A stretch of 61,033 nucleotides of DNA, the filler included, from Nemertoderma westbladi (Eukaryota > Animalia > Xenacoelomorpha): assembly GCA_032718475.1 (NCBI GenBank). It is 3 parts of 3 records of this genome, joined end to end, with 100 filler letters (N's around TTAATTAATTAA, not from the genome) between each part and the next. Parts side by side here need not be neighbours in the genome. Positions count along the whole stretch, not along the records: positions 22,830 to 42,534 come from JAUCBJ010001898.1; positions 42,635 to 61,033 come from JAUCBJ010005807.1; 1 more part is not named here. The stretch is one strand, 5' to 3'. A model generated the notes under the pieces. The model made no database searches, had not been told where the DNA came from, and saw nothing but the letters and a program-made list of their open reading frames with translations. Positions 35,477 through 47,215 of the stretch are shown here, piece by piece. The first letter of the stretch is position 1, and each line of letters starts with the position of its first letter. A program made the translations under genes and the position numbers.

Positions 35477-35654
35477 GAAAAAAACAATGGTGTAAGGACT
35501 TTCAGCCACAAAAGGTGTTATAGTGTGTATTGCAGACGTTTCAATAAACATAAATTGATAAAGATATTGATAAAGATAAACTTTGTTTATTGAAACGTCT
35601 GCAATACACTATAACACCTTTTGTGGCTGAAAGTCTTTACACCATTGTTTTTTC
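35477..35654. repeat. Near-perfect hairpin (arms of about 72 bp) inserted in the L2 fragment
   Basis: 35477-35550 is the reverse complement of 35584-35654 with only a few differences. Confidence 0.9.
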
Positions 35655-37029
35655 GACTTTACAAGTGTTTTATTTGAGTAGCAGTTCTTAGGTTAAGTGG
35701 GAGGGTATTAAAAACCACTGGCGCGGAATAACTGAAAGATCTGGCCCCAAAGCTTGCTAGTTTGAAGGCAGGGACCTTAACCCTATTCCTATTACCACTG
35801 GGGGGGGGGGGGGATCGGCCCCTTCCTAGTTTTTAATTGCTCTATCTATGCAACCACATTATATGTACCAGCCCAATTTTTTATGAGAATTAGTTACATT
35901 TAATGGCGCATATTTTGCAAAAAACGGCGTTGCAATTAGATTTCAACTTTTCGATGCGTGTGCCACCTCAAAATGTGGTCCCCAGCAGAATTTTTTTTGA
36001 AATTTTCGAATTTTACAAGGTCATTTGTGAGTTAGTAATTCTTTATGTTGGGGCTTTTTTTATTGATTCTGATTCGTATGGAGTACTCTACTACTCTATA
36101 TAAGTATGTAAGGGAAGTGGTACGTCATTTTTGGTGCACTAAAATTAGGGCGTGGCACTTCAAATTTTCAAAATTGCAATATTCGTTAAATACTCCGAAG
36201 TTTTGATTTCAACGCATTTGTATGGGGTTTCTGGCCCGCTTATTCGAGTGAAAGTAATATAGAAGACTCAATTCTTAATGGTACATCATTAATGGTGAAC
36301 CAAAATTTGGGCATGGCAAGTAGGCTTACTTCAAATTTTCAAAATTACGATATTCAGAAAATACCACAAGGTTTTAATTTCAACCCATTTTTATAGGTTA
36401 TCTGGACCGCTGAATCGATTGAAAGTAATATTGAAGCTTCAAGTCTTAGTGGTACGCCATTATTCGTACACCACAATTAGGGCGTGGTACTTTTTCAAAA
36501 TTTGAAAAGTACCACTCCCTAATTTTGGCAAAAATGCCGAACCACTAAGTCTTCAGGCTTCTATAATACTTTCAATTGATTTAGTGGTCCAGAAAACCTA
36601 TATATGTGCGTTGAAATCTCAACTTTGGTTTATTTTCCGAATCTCGTATTTTTCAATATTTGAAGTGCCACCACCCTAATTTTGGTGCTCCTAAAAGGAC
36701 GATCAACTAAGTCTTCAGGCTTCGATATTATTTACAATCGATTCAGTGGTCCAGAAAACTTATAAAAACGCTTTGAAATCAAAAGATGGGGTATTTTCCG
36801 AATATCGTATTTTTCAAAATTTGAAGTGCCACGCCCACTTCTTAGGTGCACGAAAAATAGCATCCAGTTCAACTTTCGGAAATGGAATATAATCACATTT
36901 AATTCAGCATAGTGAAAAAGCTACTAATGCTAACTAACAATGCCACACTATCAGTTTTTAGAATATAAAAAAAATTTATATTTTGTCCTGGGACTACTTA
37001 TATTTTTCATGAAAATTAGTATACCCACC

Positions 37030-39657
37030 CATGACCTACTAAATATACGACCATGAAAGCTGCATTCTACCTACTAAATTTAGTAGGCACACGTTCTTAA
37101 AATCATTTTTCATATATTTGAAGGATTTTATAATAAAAGTCTTCTAGAACATTTTTTTATGATTCATTCCAATAGTAAGTATTATAATTTTGAAACAACT
37201 TATTTTAATAGCTATTTTTATATATTATTGGTAATTGCCAGTTCCACTTCGTTGGTGCGTACCTACGCCATCTCCTGGAATATTGTGTCTTAATTCAGTG
37301 ACTTGGCCACCAATTATTTTTCTACAAATCTTAATGAGATTGCATGAAATTTGAAACATATATTGTTTTACCTCCGTCATCCATACTGGGTGCGTCAGAA
37401 TATTTATTTTCGCTTTCAATCCTTAACTACACGCGTTTGAAAAGTAATTAAATAGCCTCGAGACGATGCTAAAACTTGCCACTTCCGAATGCTAATACTC
37501 CACTCAATTGCATTAAGATTCAGAGGGGGGTGGGTTGCAATGAATAAAGACATAAAAAAATATCCTGTATTTTTGATATTATTTTTTGTTATTTATGCTA
37601 GCTAGTGTTTTTTCCAAGTATCTATTGTAAATTAAATTAGCTACTGTAAATTGAGATTTTTGGTTAACAAATCGAGCATTGATTAAAGAAAATATCGCCG
37701 TTGATGAAGTTTTATCAAGTGAACCAGAAAATTATTACGAATCAATTTGCATTGCTGCTGAAAGTCGAAATGAAATTGTTTTGGGTTTTCTTACCCACAA
37801 AATTATTCAACAGAAAAGGTAGGAAAGGGTGCCAAAACTGTGCGTGCAGTTTTACAAAATGAAACTGTTACAACTCACTTTACCACAGTTTGCTTGACAT
37901 GGGAAAGGAAGACTCACAAGACAGTTATGCGCATTTGTTGAAGAAACGTTTAAAACTTTAATAGCCGTTGAAGATTTGCTTGAAAAAACCCTTCAGTTCC
38001 GCAGCAACTTCGACTCTAACCAAACTATATGTGATAATTATCCCTACGTAATCAGCTGCCCTTCCCATACCGAACTAATTACAATAATTATTTTTCGCTC
38101 TCTCGTAAACATATTTGCCAACAATCGATCCAAAGCCCACTCCCAGACAGTGAGAGAATCTCGTAAAAGAATTCAAACTGCGTCAGCGTCATGTATAATA
38201 ACTAAATTATAGAACTGTAGTTTACCGGTACTCATCATCATTATTGAAAACATTATAAACATTAAACATTCCACAAGATTAACCAATTATCAACTATTTA
38301 TTTGCTTTTGTCCTTCTTCATTAATTTGCTAGTAAAAACACAATGTTTAAAAAAACACTGACTTCCAAAAAAACACTAGCTATGGTCAATTGAAAGACCA
38401 ATCTATCACATACCAAAAAAACTTCAAAATAATATAATGACGTAATGAATATAACGACCAAAAATCTCAATTTAGCTAATTTCATTTACAATAGATACTT
38501 AGGCCTCCCTCACACGGGACGGAGCAACTTGTTTCTGCAACTTGTTTCTGAAACTTGTTGCTGGACCCCCTCACACACAGAAACTTGTTGCTACAACTTG
38601 TTTCTGTGTGTGAGGAGTCCAGCAACTTGTTTGCGCAACTTGTTTCTGTGTGTGAGGAGTCCAGCAACTTGTTTGCGCAACTTGTTTCTGTGTGTGAGTG
38701 AGTCCAGCAACAAGTTGCTGGAAGTTATATTCCCAGCAACTTTTTGAAAAACTTTTATTACATTCCATTTTGATACTAGCTAATATTAGATAATTTGAGT
38801 GATTTGATATTATATATAAATGTATGGACTTGTTAGCGATTTATTTGCAAATAATTGATATTTTCTTCAGCAACAAGTTTCTGTGTGTGATGGGGTCCAG
38901 CAACAAGTTTCGGAAACAAGTTGCTCCGTGTGAGGGGGGCCTAAATTGCTAAAAAAAACTACTGTAGAACACTAACAAAAAAAATGTAATAAAAACTGTG
39001 TCCTAATAGCATATATGGGGGGGGGGGGGGGGGGGGGGGGCTGGACGCAATAAAAATTAATCCCTCTCCAGGGGAAATTGGACGCAAATAACAGATTATT
39101 ACTCTCAAAAATAAAACTGTAACCTGTTCTATTGTGTTTAGTTTTATTGTTTTGGTTAAAATAACGTGCCACTGTAACCTGCTCCTTTCCCTAAATTGAG
39201 AATTTAACATTGAGGCGGGATATTATTTCGCCAAGGCGGGGTTTGCGTCCAATTTGCCCCGCCCCCCCGTCTCCCTAATAGATAGTAATTAAATAGACTC
39301 AATAAAACTCGTGTAGTTAAGGATTGAAAGTGAAAATAAATATTCTGACGCGTTAAGATTTATAGAATAATAATTGGTGGCCAAGTCACTGAATTAAGAC
39401 ACAATATTCCAGGAGATGGCGTAGGTACGCACCAACGAAGTGGAACTGGCATTTACCAATAATATATAAAAATAGCTATTAAAATAAGTTGTTTCAAAAT
39501 TATAATACTTACTGATTGAATGAATCATAAAAAAATGTTCTAGAAGACTTTTATTATAAAATCCTTCAAATATATGAAAAATTATTTTAAAAACGTGTGC
39601 CTACTAAATTTAGTAGGTAGAATGCAGCTTTCATGGTCGTATATTTAGTAGGTCATG
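37030..39657 (+). mobile_element. P-superfamily (Galileo-like) element with ~305-bp TIRs, a 7-bp TSD and a decayed transposase C-terminus
   Basis: 37030-37334 is inverted at 39352-39657, with ends CATGACCTACTAAATATACG. TSD ACCCACC at 37023-37029 and 39658-39664. Internal decayed coding remnant (C..C, EETFK, CPSH...IIIF) at about 37650-38210. Confidence 0.78.
38502..38941. mobile_element. MITE, probably PIF/Harbinger-type
   Basis: TIRs GGCCTCCCTCACACGG / CCGTGTGAGGGGGGCC with TTA/TAA flanks. Internal 42-bp repeats CAACTTGTTTCTGTGTGTGAGGAGTCCAG occur in both orientations. Confidence 0.8.
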
Positions 39658-40599
39658 ACCCACCTTATGAAATTTTTATTTTTTTGGATTTGAAAATGTT
39701 CTTCGATAATTTTTTCACCTACAGCCCAAATTTCGTAGGATTTTATTGGATGATCACAAAAATACAGCGGGGGGCCGAATCGACCCCCCGCCAGTGCTGC
39801 TAATGGTCTAAACACCCCAGTGGTAATAGGGTTAAGGGTCCACAGATACTCTGTTCTCGTACAGTTGTAGTTGTGCTCTAACATATCGAGTATATAAATC
39901 GGAGCGAGACCGTATAAAGCTTTCCACGTTAAAAGCGCGATTTTATAGTCTATCCTGAATGAGATTGGAAGCCAGTGCAATTCCCGTAGCACAGGAGTTA
40001 TGTGCGAGCTGCTTCCTTGCCTCTTTATCAGCCGAGCACAAGAATTTTGTGCAATTTGGAGGCGGCTAAGGAGAATAATATAAAAGATAAAATGTGAGTC
40101 GGCTCGGCATTCTGGAGGGCAAATTAAATTGTTTTTTGTACTAAAAAGTTATTTTCAAAATTCCAAAATGTCCAAAACAGTTATCAAAATAAAATTCAGC
40201 TTTGATCTTTTAAGTTTATACAATTTGAAAAAATACCGTATATAAATTCAACAATAAAATAGAACAATATATTGATTGCACTGCGGTTAGTTATGTAAAG
40301 TATTATATTCTACAAAGTTAATAACTTATCGTAATTAAATCACTGTAGGGAGACAATATAAAGTCAAAAAGTTAACTGCATGCCCAGTTACAACCGGTAC
40401 CTGTGAGGCATTTATAGGGCGGGATGTCAATCATTATACCGCATAATTAAATAAAGGCATAACGATGACATTGAGTGACGTCACAATGTCAGTGTAGTTA
40501 TATTATATCCAATATACCGGCGCCGGGTGGATACTATAATGAGATCCACACGAGTGTCCGATCCGATGATTGCGAAGTGGAGGTGTATTACCAAACGAT

Positions 40600-41181
40600 C
40601 TAATCGGATAATTCTATTACGTCACGATCGACGCAGTTCCGTGTCTCATCGGCTTCGGCGTTTGGAACTTCGTCGTTCTGTTTATCATCGTCTTTGGAAT
40701 CATCAGCGGACTGATTTTCAGTTTCTTTTACGACCGCGGAATCTCGTTTCCGCTTCTCTGCCGCGTCTTTCTTATTCTTAACACCAGCTCTATAAGCTAG
40801 AGAGAGAATAATAAGTATTAAATATTAATAATTTATCCGAGAAGTAAGTTTAATTAATGTCATCCTTACGTTTACTGAATAGGTATAGAAAATAAAGCTA
40901 TAGATTAGATAAATTAGATAGATTAGATTAGTAGCTTAGATAATTATCATATATAAATTATGGCAAACTAACAAACCTTCTAAAGTTTGTGTTAATTTTG
41001 GGACGAAGTGATCAAAATCCATATCCACTAATCCATCAAAGATATCCTTGGCTGTTAACGTCTTTCGTTTATTTTTTTCAGCATGTGAACTGGCTAATCC
41101 AGCAGCATAGAGGATAAAGATACTAGCTGACCTTGTAATCGCAGTTCTCGCCTCTGCTGAAATTTTCACTCCTTCAGGCAA
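40600..41181 (-). CDS. POLE3: DNA polymerase epsilon subunit 3 / CHRAC17 (histone fold), exons 2-3; first coding exon not found
   Basis: Exons 41181-40977 (LPEGVKISAEARTAITRSASIFILYA...KRKTLTAKDIFDGLVDMDFDHFVPKLTQTLE) and 40796-40600 (AYRAGVKNKKDA..., acidic tail, TAG) join in phase. They match POLE3 [27 protein letters not shown]...EALEAYR as recalled. Confidence 0.9.
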
Positions 41182-41547
41182 CTGTATAAAATATAAGGCA
41201 ATATAATAATATTAATATTAATTGTAAAACGTATGCCAAAACTATGTAACGAAATAATTGTTTTGGGGTTTAACTTGGAAGCCTCCCCAAATATTTCATA
41301 TATAATTATATTTAAAATTATTTTCATGATCATGGTCTGGTCTGGTCATTCACTCGTCTTTACTGCAGTTAGAATTTTGTTTTCATGCAACACAGTTTAG
41401 AGTTCTAAATTACGAACTCACATAACATATTCTATAGGCCTAAGCAATATAATATTAACCTTAAAGCAATATAGTCAGCCAACTATTGGGGGGGGGGGGG
41501 GGGGGGGGGGGGGGCAGGTTGGAATTTATGTAGAGTTTGCTCAACAT

Positions 41548-42255
41548 GTGTGGCGCGGATTAAGGATCCTGGCGCGTAGTGACAGGGGCGTGTGGCGCGG
41601 ATTAAGGATCCTGGCGCGTAGTGACAGGGGCGTGTGGCGCGCATTGAGGATCCTGGCGGTCCTGGCGCGAATATGGATGTAGGGTTAGGTTGGGACAGTA
41701 GGAGGTAGCGTAGCAGTGCACTAGCAACACATCCCACTCTACAGCTCTATTTGAAATTATTCCATAGGTTTAAATAGATTGAAAAATGTCCGCTCGCTTC
41801 GCTCGCGTTTATACTGTAAAGTCTACTCTTAGTACTGTCTGGCTGTGGACAAATGGAAACGGACAGATTGAGCATGACCATTAAAAACATGACTTATTGT
41901 TTCAAAAGTTTTTCAATTGTCAGATTCTTCAAACCAATAAAACCATGACAGCCTGCATGATTCAGCAGAATTTCCGTGCTCGCTACGCTCGCAATTTACA
42001 GGTAATGACATCTGCATTTCTGATTTGAAAACAGTCCGTTTGCCTACTTTAAATGCTGAAATGTTAAAATTTTCGTGCTCGCTACGCTCGCATCTTGATC
42101 ACATCTGCATTTAAAAACAGTCAGTTGACGTTGACCTACTACTACTACTACTACAACTACAGCACTATCTGACTATTACCTGATTACTGTCAGACAGTCA
42201 GACTGTATTTATGTTAACATAATTGGAAAATTTCCTTGCTCGCTACGCTCGCATT
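41548..42255. repeat. Transposon-like repeat: 42-bp GC-rich tandem duplication plus dispersed GCTCGCTACGCTCGC motifs
   Basis: GTGTGGCGCGGATTAAGGATCCTGGCGCGTAGTGACAGGGGC about 2.5 times at 41548-41660. GCTCGCT(A/T)CGCTCGC at about 41792, 41978, 42077 and 42238. Confidence 0.55.
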
Positions 42256-42534
42256 TTAATGTTAACATACTGTAGGGCTACAGAATTCAGGAATTATAAA
42301 CTGATAAATTATTACAATTAAGCAATTACTGCAAAATTTCATAGTCAATTGTTGGCTTGGCGCGCATTAGATATCATGGCTGGCGCGATTTTCGTTTAAC
42401 CAGAACGCGTGTGGCCAGGGTTGGCAACCAATGGTTTTTCTCACCATTGGTTTTTTATGGTTTTTTGGTTTAACCAACTTTTAAAAAAAGGCGAAAAAAT
42501 TGGTTTTTTATGGTTTTTCATAAAATTTTACAAT

Positions 42535-42634
42535 NNNNNNNNNNNNNNNNNNNNNNNNNNNNNNNNNNNNNNNNNNNNTTAATTAATTAANNNNNNNNNN
42601 NNNNNNNNNNNNNNNNNNNNNNNNNNNNNNNNNN
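42535..42634. other. Assembly gap (100 nt with TTAATTAATTAA spacer)
   Basis: N-run with an artificial linker. Confidence 0.98.
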
Positions 42635-44882
42635 CTAAAGCAGATACTGAGCCATGCAATTTAAGCGAAAAGGATTTTAATGACTCGAAATCGCTTGAGT
42701 TAACATTTTGGACAGAAAAAAGCTGTTTAATATGGCTAGAAGCAATGAGATGTTTATCACCATAAATTCTGCGAATATCTCTCAATGTTTCATAATACAA
42801 TGTAGGGTCATCTATAGTAGCAGCTACACTATTACGAATCTCAGGGGATAATAAATTCCTAAGAATAGAGAGACGAATTGCGTCGTTTGGAATTCTATCA
42901 TGCACTAAAGCACGGAATGATGAAATAAAACCAGGCCATTTAATGGGTGAGCCATCAAATGGATCGATTGGTACCTTAAATAGAGCCTGCAAATCTATCG
43001 GACCATGACCACCAAAAAGCGCGTCACTTCTGTCATCGGAGTCAGGAGAGTCAATCCAATCATCTACACGCCCAGATACTTTGGATCTATTAACTGGACG
43101 AGATGAAAACGAAGGAAGGTCATATGTGGCCGACACTACTGGCTCACTAGCCGGCCCGTTAACAATGGGCCGACCCGGACACCTCTCAGGACCCCCAAAG
43201 GGTTGGCCGCTCGGGCGATACACAGGGTCAGACGCATACTCAGGACGCAAACCAGTCGCAGTACATGGCACACAATGTACACTATCATTGGTAGAGCCAC
43301 CATACATATAACTCACAGGGGCACACACTCCCTTCAATCCGCTAACCAAATTAGAATCAGGCGAGGCAAATCCACGGGGTACAAACTCAGGGCTAGATAA
43401 AGCCCAAGTGCTATTACAGTTACTTAAAGGTTTATAATTATTTATTGAATTACTATCAAATGGAAAAATAGTTCGCTGGTTAAAGCGGGGCAGAGTTGCC
43501 GTGGTTGGGTGTTCTACAGCTACAAAGTTTGGCACTGAAATATTTATAAAATTATTACCGGTGGTATCCTTATTGAGTACACGGAGCGGGACAGATTCTA
43601 CACTACTAATAATCGGTACCGGTAATGACTGCACAAATGAACCGCTGGAGATACTAAATATAACACCAGATTTTCTATTCATATTACAATCACTTACAGT
43701 ATTAGTAGCTAAGCTAGAATTACATTGAGACGGTTTAAACACTGTATCAATAATAGGACACGATTGACACGAACTCTGTAATATATTATTACTAGTAATT
43801 TCATTAGAACTATGAATTACCGGTACGTTACTAGGCGGGTAACGGGGTGACTCAACCGTGAGCTGTGTCACTGGATCGGATAACGGATGACCTGGGAAAG
43901 GATTCGATCTCCTGGATGCGAGAGGATAATTGGGAACCGGTTGGACCCCGCCGGCCCGGTTGGAGTCCTCATCCTCAAGGAAATCAGCGAGAACCCGTTC
44001 CCTGAGGTTCGCAACTCCGGCCTCCCTGTTTTCTATTTCCTCGGTACGAACAGACAACTCGAGCAGCTCCACCTCGTTCTGGAGGCGACGGAGCTGCTTC
44101 CTATTGTTGAGCGCTAGCTCCTTCTCGCGAAGCTCCCGATCCCTTTCGAACTGCTGGAGTTTTAATCTTTTCTCTTCCAGTTGCCGCTTCGAGGAGTTAA
44201 TACCACCTCCCGGGGATCGCGAGGAGGATACCTTGGATTTACTTCCACCAGCTGAAGAAGGTTCGCCTCTCCGGGAGGCGAGGTAACTTTCAGCTTCACT
44301 CCGACAGCGCCGATAACCCTCGCGGACGGCAGCCAACCATTCCTCCTCTATGGCTTTAGACTTAGAATCGGTTCCGGGATCCAGATACTGAAGACACTTA
44401 CTGTGAGATCGAACACAGTCGTCAAAGTCCTCGTTGAGTTCCCCTAGGAAGCCCTGGATTAAGGTGCGACTGCCACGGGAATCGACTAGAGAATGAAGCT
44501 TGGCAGCCAAACAAGTGAGCCTCCGCTTGGTATTGGCTCGAGTAATCTTCGCGTCTTTCAATCGGATGGGTCGCTGGCTGTCGGTAACTGCAGGGCTAGC
44601 CTCTAAATCATCCGCAGGATAGAACGCAATATCAGGGTCTAGGACCTCTAGGTCCGCGGTATCGAAACCCTCGAAACGCGTACCGGTATCACTCGAACCG
44701 GGTCGGGATTCCAAGGGTTCAAGTCGAGATTTATCCTCACCATCGGATGTCGTAGTTCCATCGCCGAGTCGAGGAGAGCTCAGACTACCATGAAACGAAC
44801 CATTCCCTTTGGCGGGGAGACCACCCGACGTGGCTCCACTAACGATGTCAGACTCCGCGTCCGACATATCGAGAGAAGGCAA
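42635..44882 (-). CDS. BEL/Pao gag polyprotein N-terminal part (DUF1759-type domain)
   Basis: About 750 stop-free codons: a coiled coil, then PFDGSPIKWPGFISSFRALVH...RLSILRNLL...YYETLRDIRRIYG. The start codon is uncertain. Confidence 0.85.
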
Positions 44883-45396
44883 CGGATAGTTGAACTGTCC
44901 AGCGATGGATTGTGGATACTCCGAGGGTAAGGATAATCTGTGACGTGGAAACCTTTAGACCAGGTTTCCCGGCATCGGAACCAGAATGTAAACCACAGAA
45001 TTTGGAATTGGCGTTGTGGTTTCGAGTTTCGTCGGGATCGTTATTTCATTAGGCCTATTTAATCTTGAAAAGACGTAGTTATAATTATGTCAAGTTACGT
45101 ATGTTGAAATAAGTTTTACATCAGTACATAGGGTATCTCCAGATCGGTTCTACTTATATGTTCAAACAAATACAAGAATTACTGGTGCAAAACACGTTAA
45201 GAATAAGGTAGAATAGGCCTACTAAGAATGATCAAATCCTATTGGCAGATACAGAAAGCAGGGCCATGGGGCAACCTTCCTACAGGGAAGCAGTGTAACA
45301 TAAACGGTGTGTATTGCACTAATATACCTAAGCTAGTATAACGATGGGCTAAACTACCAAGCGATAACCAGCAGGATTTAAGGGCAGTTTGTAACA
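42635..45396 (-). mobile_element. BEL/Pao LTR retrotransposon, 5' part (LTR, PBS, gag), truncated by the gap
   Basis: 410-bp TG...CA LTR at 45396-44987 and PBS TGGTTCCGATGCCGGGAA at 44983-44966. A long stop-free ORF follows. Confidence 0.88.
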
Positions 45397-46244
45397 CTTT
45401 TTTTTAAGTCCGAAAGCTTATGAATCGAATTAGAATAACATTCACATTTATCTAAATTAATAAGATAAGAATTAAAATCAGCTGACGAAGTCTTTCAGCC
45501 ATCCTCAACCATCCCTTCCTCCAATATTGCTCTCTTTCACACTTAATCTAGGGGATTGTGGCACTGGAATCAATTAATTTTAATTAAAAATTACGAAGTT
45601 TTTCAATTACAAATTGTGGTTTCCGGAAGGTTTCAAATTTTCTGGAAGCCCGCCTATAAAGTGGGCATGGCAGATAGCCAGTTTAAGTTTTGAACGAGTT
45701 GGCCGCAATAAAGTTAGAAACCCCCATCCCGAAAATCGGGATCCCGACAGTTGCAATCCCGAAAATTGTGGATCCAGATCCCGTTGCAACACTATTGCAT
45801 ATGCCGGCTGCACTGCAAGGAGTTTCCTTCAACTGACGACAGACTTTCTGCAAGGCGAGAGCAAGTGCTTATTTCTTTCAGGACCGCAGTTCAAGGCTTA
45901 AATTAATATGTGCTAACCAAGAATAGCAAAACGGGGTACTAGAAATCATAACGTACTTTGGGTTTGGCAGGTTGGCTGTTAACAAATAATATTACCGCCC
46001 TAAATGAAAAGCTATATATTATATTCGCTTGAGTAATATGTTCATAATGATAATATTATGTTCTAATATGTTACAGACATACACAAAGTCTATAGATTTA
46101 TTTAAACATGGAAACTGATTTCAGAAATACAATCACCAACCTGGAATCCCCCATGGAGTACACATTTGTGAGAGTTGGTGTGTTTTATTATTTTTTTCTA
46201 ATTTTCGTTGGGGCACAGCTTAGTCAAAGATGGCAATGCACGTT

Positions 46245-46310
46245 CAGTTCCAGGTGGGGTCGAACCTGTGACCTCCAGGTTGGAGTCTGACGCTCTAACC
46301 ATTCATTTAG
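46245..46310 (-). mobile_element. tRNA-derived SINE head (degenerate)
   Basis: The minus strand reads TGAATGGTTAGAGCGTCAGAC...GGTCACAGGTTCGACCCCACC, i.e. A-box and B-box-like motifs without a full cloverleaf. Confidence 0.5.
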
Positions 46311-46499
46311 CGGTTCATTAAAAATAGACCTGGTCGACTGCTAAGCAGTGCCCATGCCCAACGAAAGTTATAATAATATTAAACCACTCATTCACCAAAA
46401 CACTAAATTATAAATATATTTTTTGACGGACAAACAGCTAAGACATACTTAGACAGACTGAAATACGTCTATATTCTAAATATGGAAGGTAAATATAAA

Positions 46500-47095
46500 C
46501 TATCCCGCTCATAAAGTGACAGACACCGATTTTGCCCTGTTTTTCTAATACGCTAGGACTATAGGAGATGCACAGCTTCTACTGAATAAAGTGGAGATGG
46601 CTGCTAAAGAGAGATATTAGATTGCATATAAATGCTAACAATAAGACACAAATTTACAGACTTTTATAAGACTTTTTTTTTCAGAGATTTACAATTTGCA
46701 GACACATATTAGAAAACATTAACTTCTGACTTCGTGATAATGGAAGCCTTGCTATATAATGAATATCGCGTAATGTTACATGACTTTAACTCTTTATCGT
46801 GCAATACCACCCGTATCAACTATAATCTACGTGAACACAGACTACGAGTCAATTGGCACTGCAGTGCTGGAGAAGTAGAGACGAGGTCATACCGGATCAG
46901 AAACAGATCCATTTTTCTGAAAACAGCTCTAGGTAGGCGTTCCTGTGGACGTCCCACTATGAAAGGCCAACTTGCACGGGATACTGGACTTGGGGGAAAC
47001 AAAGTTGTGTCTACCATGGTCAATCTGGAGGTCTGGAAGGACATCATTTACTTACACTGTCCGATCTCTCTGGACCTAGTTGTAGTTGTTTACTA
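46500..47095 (+). mobile_element. Degenerate RTE-clade LINE 3' fragment
   Basis: DAQLLLNKVEMAAKE...REHRLRVNWHC...GRRSCGRPT..QLARDTGL...M.N..VWK, with a short GTTGTA-type tail. Confidence 0.6.
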
Positions 47096-47215
47096 ATAAG
47101 TTTGTGTACATTTCTGACTAAGTTTCAAATATATATGAGAATTGAGAATATTAGTACACAAATTCTATCTTTAAAATCTTGTTCAAGTTTAATTTATTTT
47201 ATATTAATTGTTTAG

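Larger units (their letters stand above)
35781..39831. mobile_element. Non-autonomous piggyBac-like element (CCC ends, TTAA TSD)
   Basis: TTAA|CCCTATT(CCTATT)ACCACTGGGG ... CCCCAGTGGTAATAGGG|TTAA. Removing it restores the L2 reading frame. Internal ~185-bp units form a large palindrome at about 36100-36860. Confidence 0.85.
35320..40070 (-). mobile_element. L2-type LINE 3' fragment broken into three pieces (40070-39832, 35780-35655, about 35445-35320)
   Basis: Rejoined translation SHITPVLRELHWLPISFRIDYKIALLTWKALYGLAPIY...WTL|KVPAFKLASFGARSFSYSAPVVFNTLPLNLR...FKVGLKTELYNRAF*, with a 3' end GCGCTATATAAAT...(ATT)n. Confidence 0.88.

Noticed and set aside
45590-45670. Possible POLE3 exon 1 (PENLK/LPETTI resembles PEDLNLP)
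   Set aside because: It needs a frameshift, contains stops and has no usable ATG, and it lies next to hAT-like repeat sequence.
46245-46310. Possible tRNA gene (also the A-box-like stretch at about 7418-7455)
   Set aside because: No complete acceptor or anticodon stems; better explained as SINE-derived fragments.
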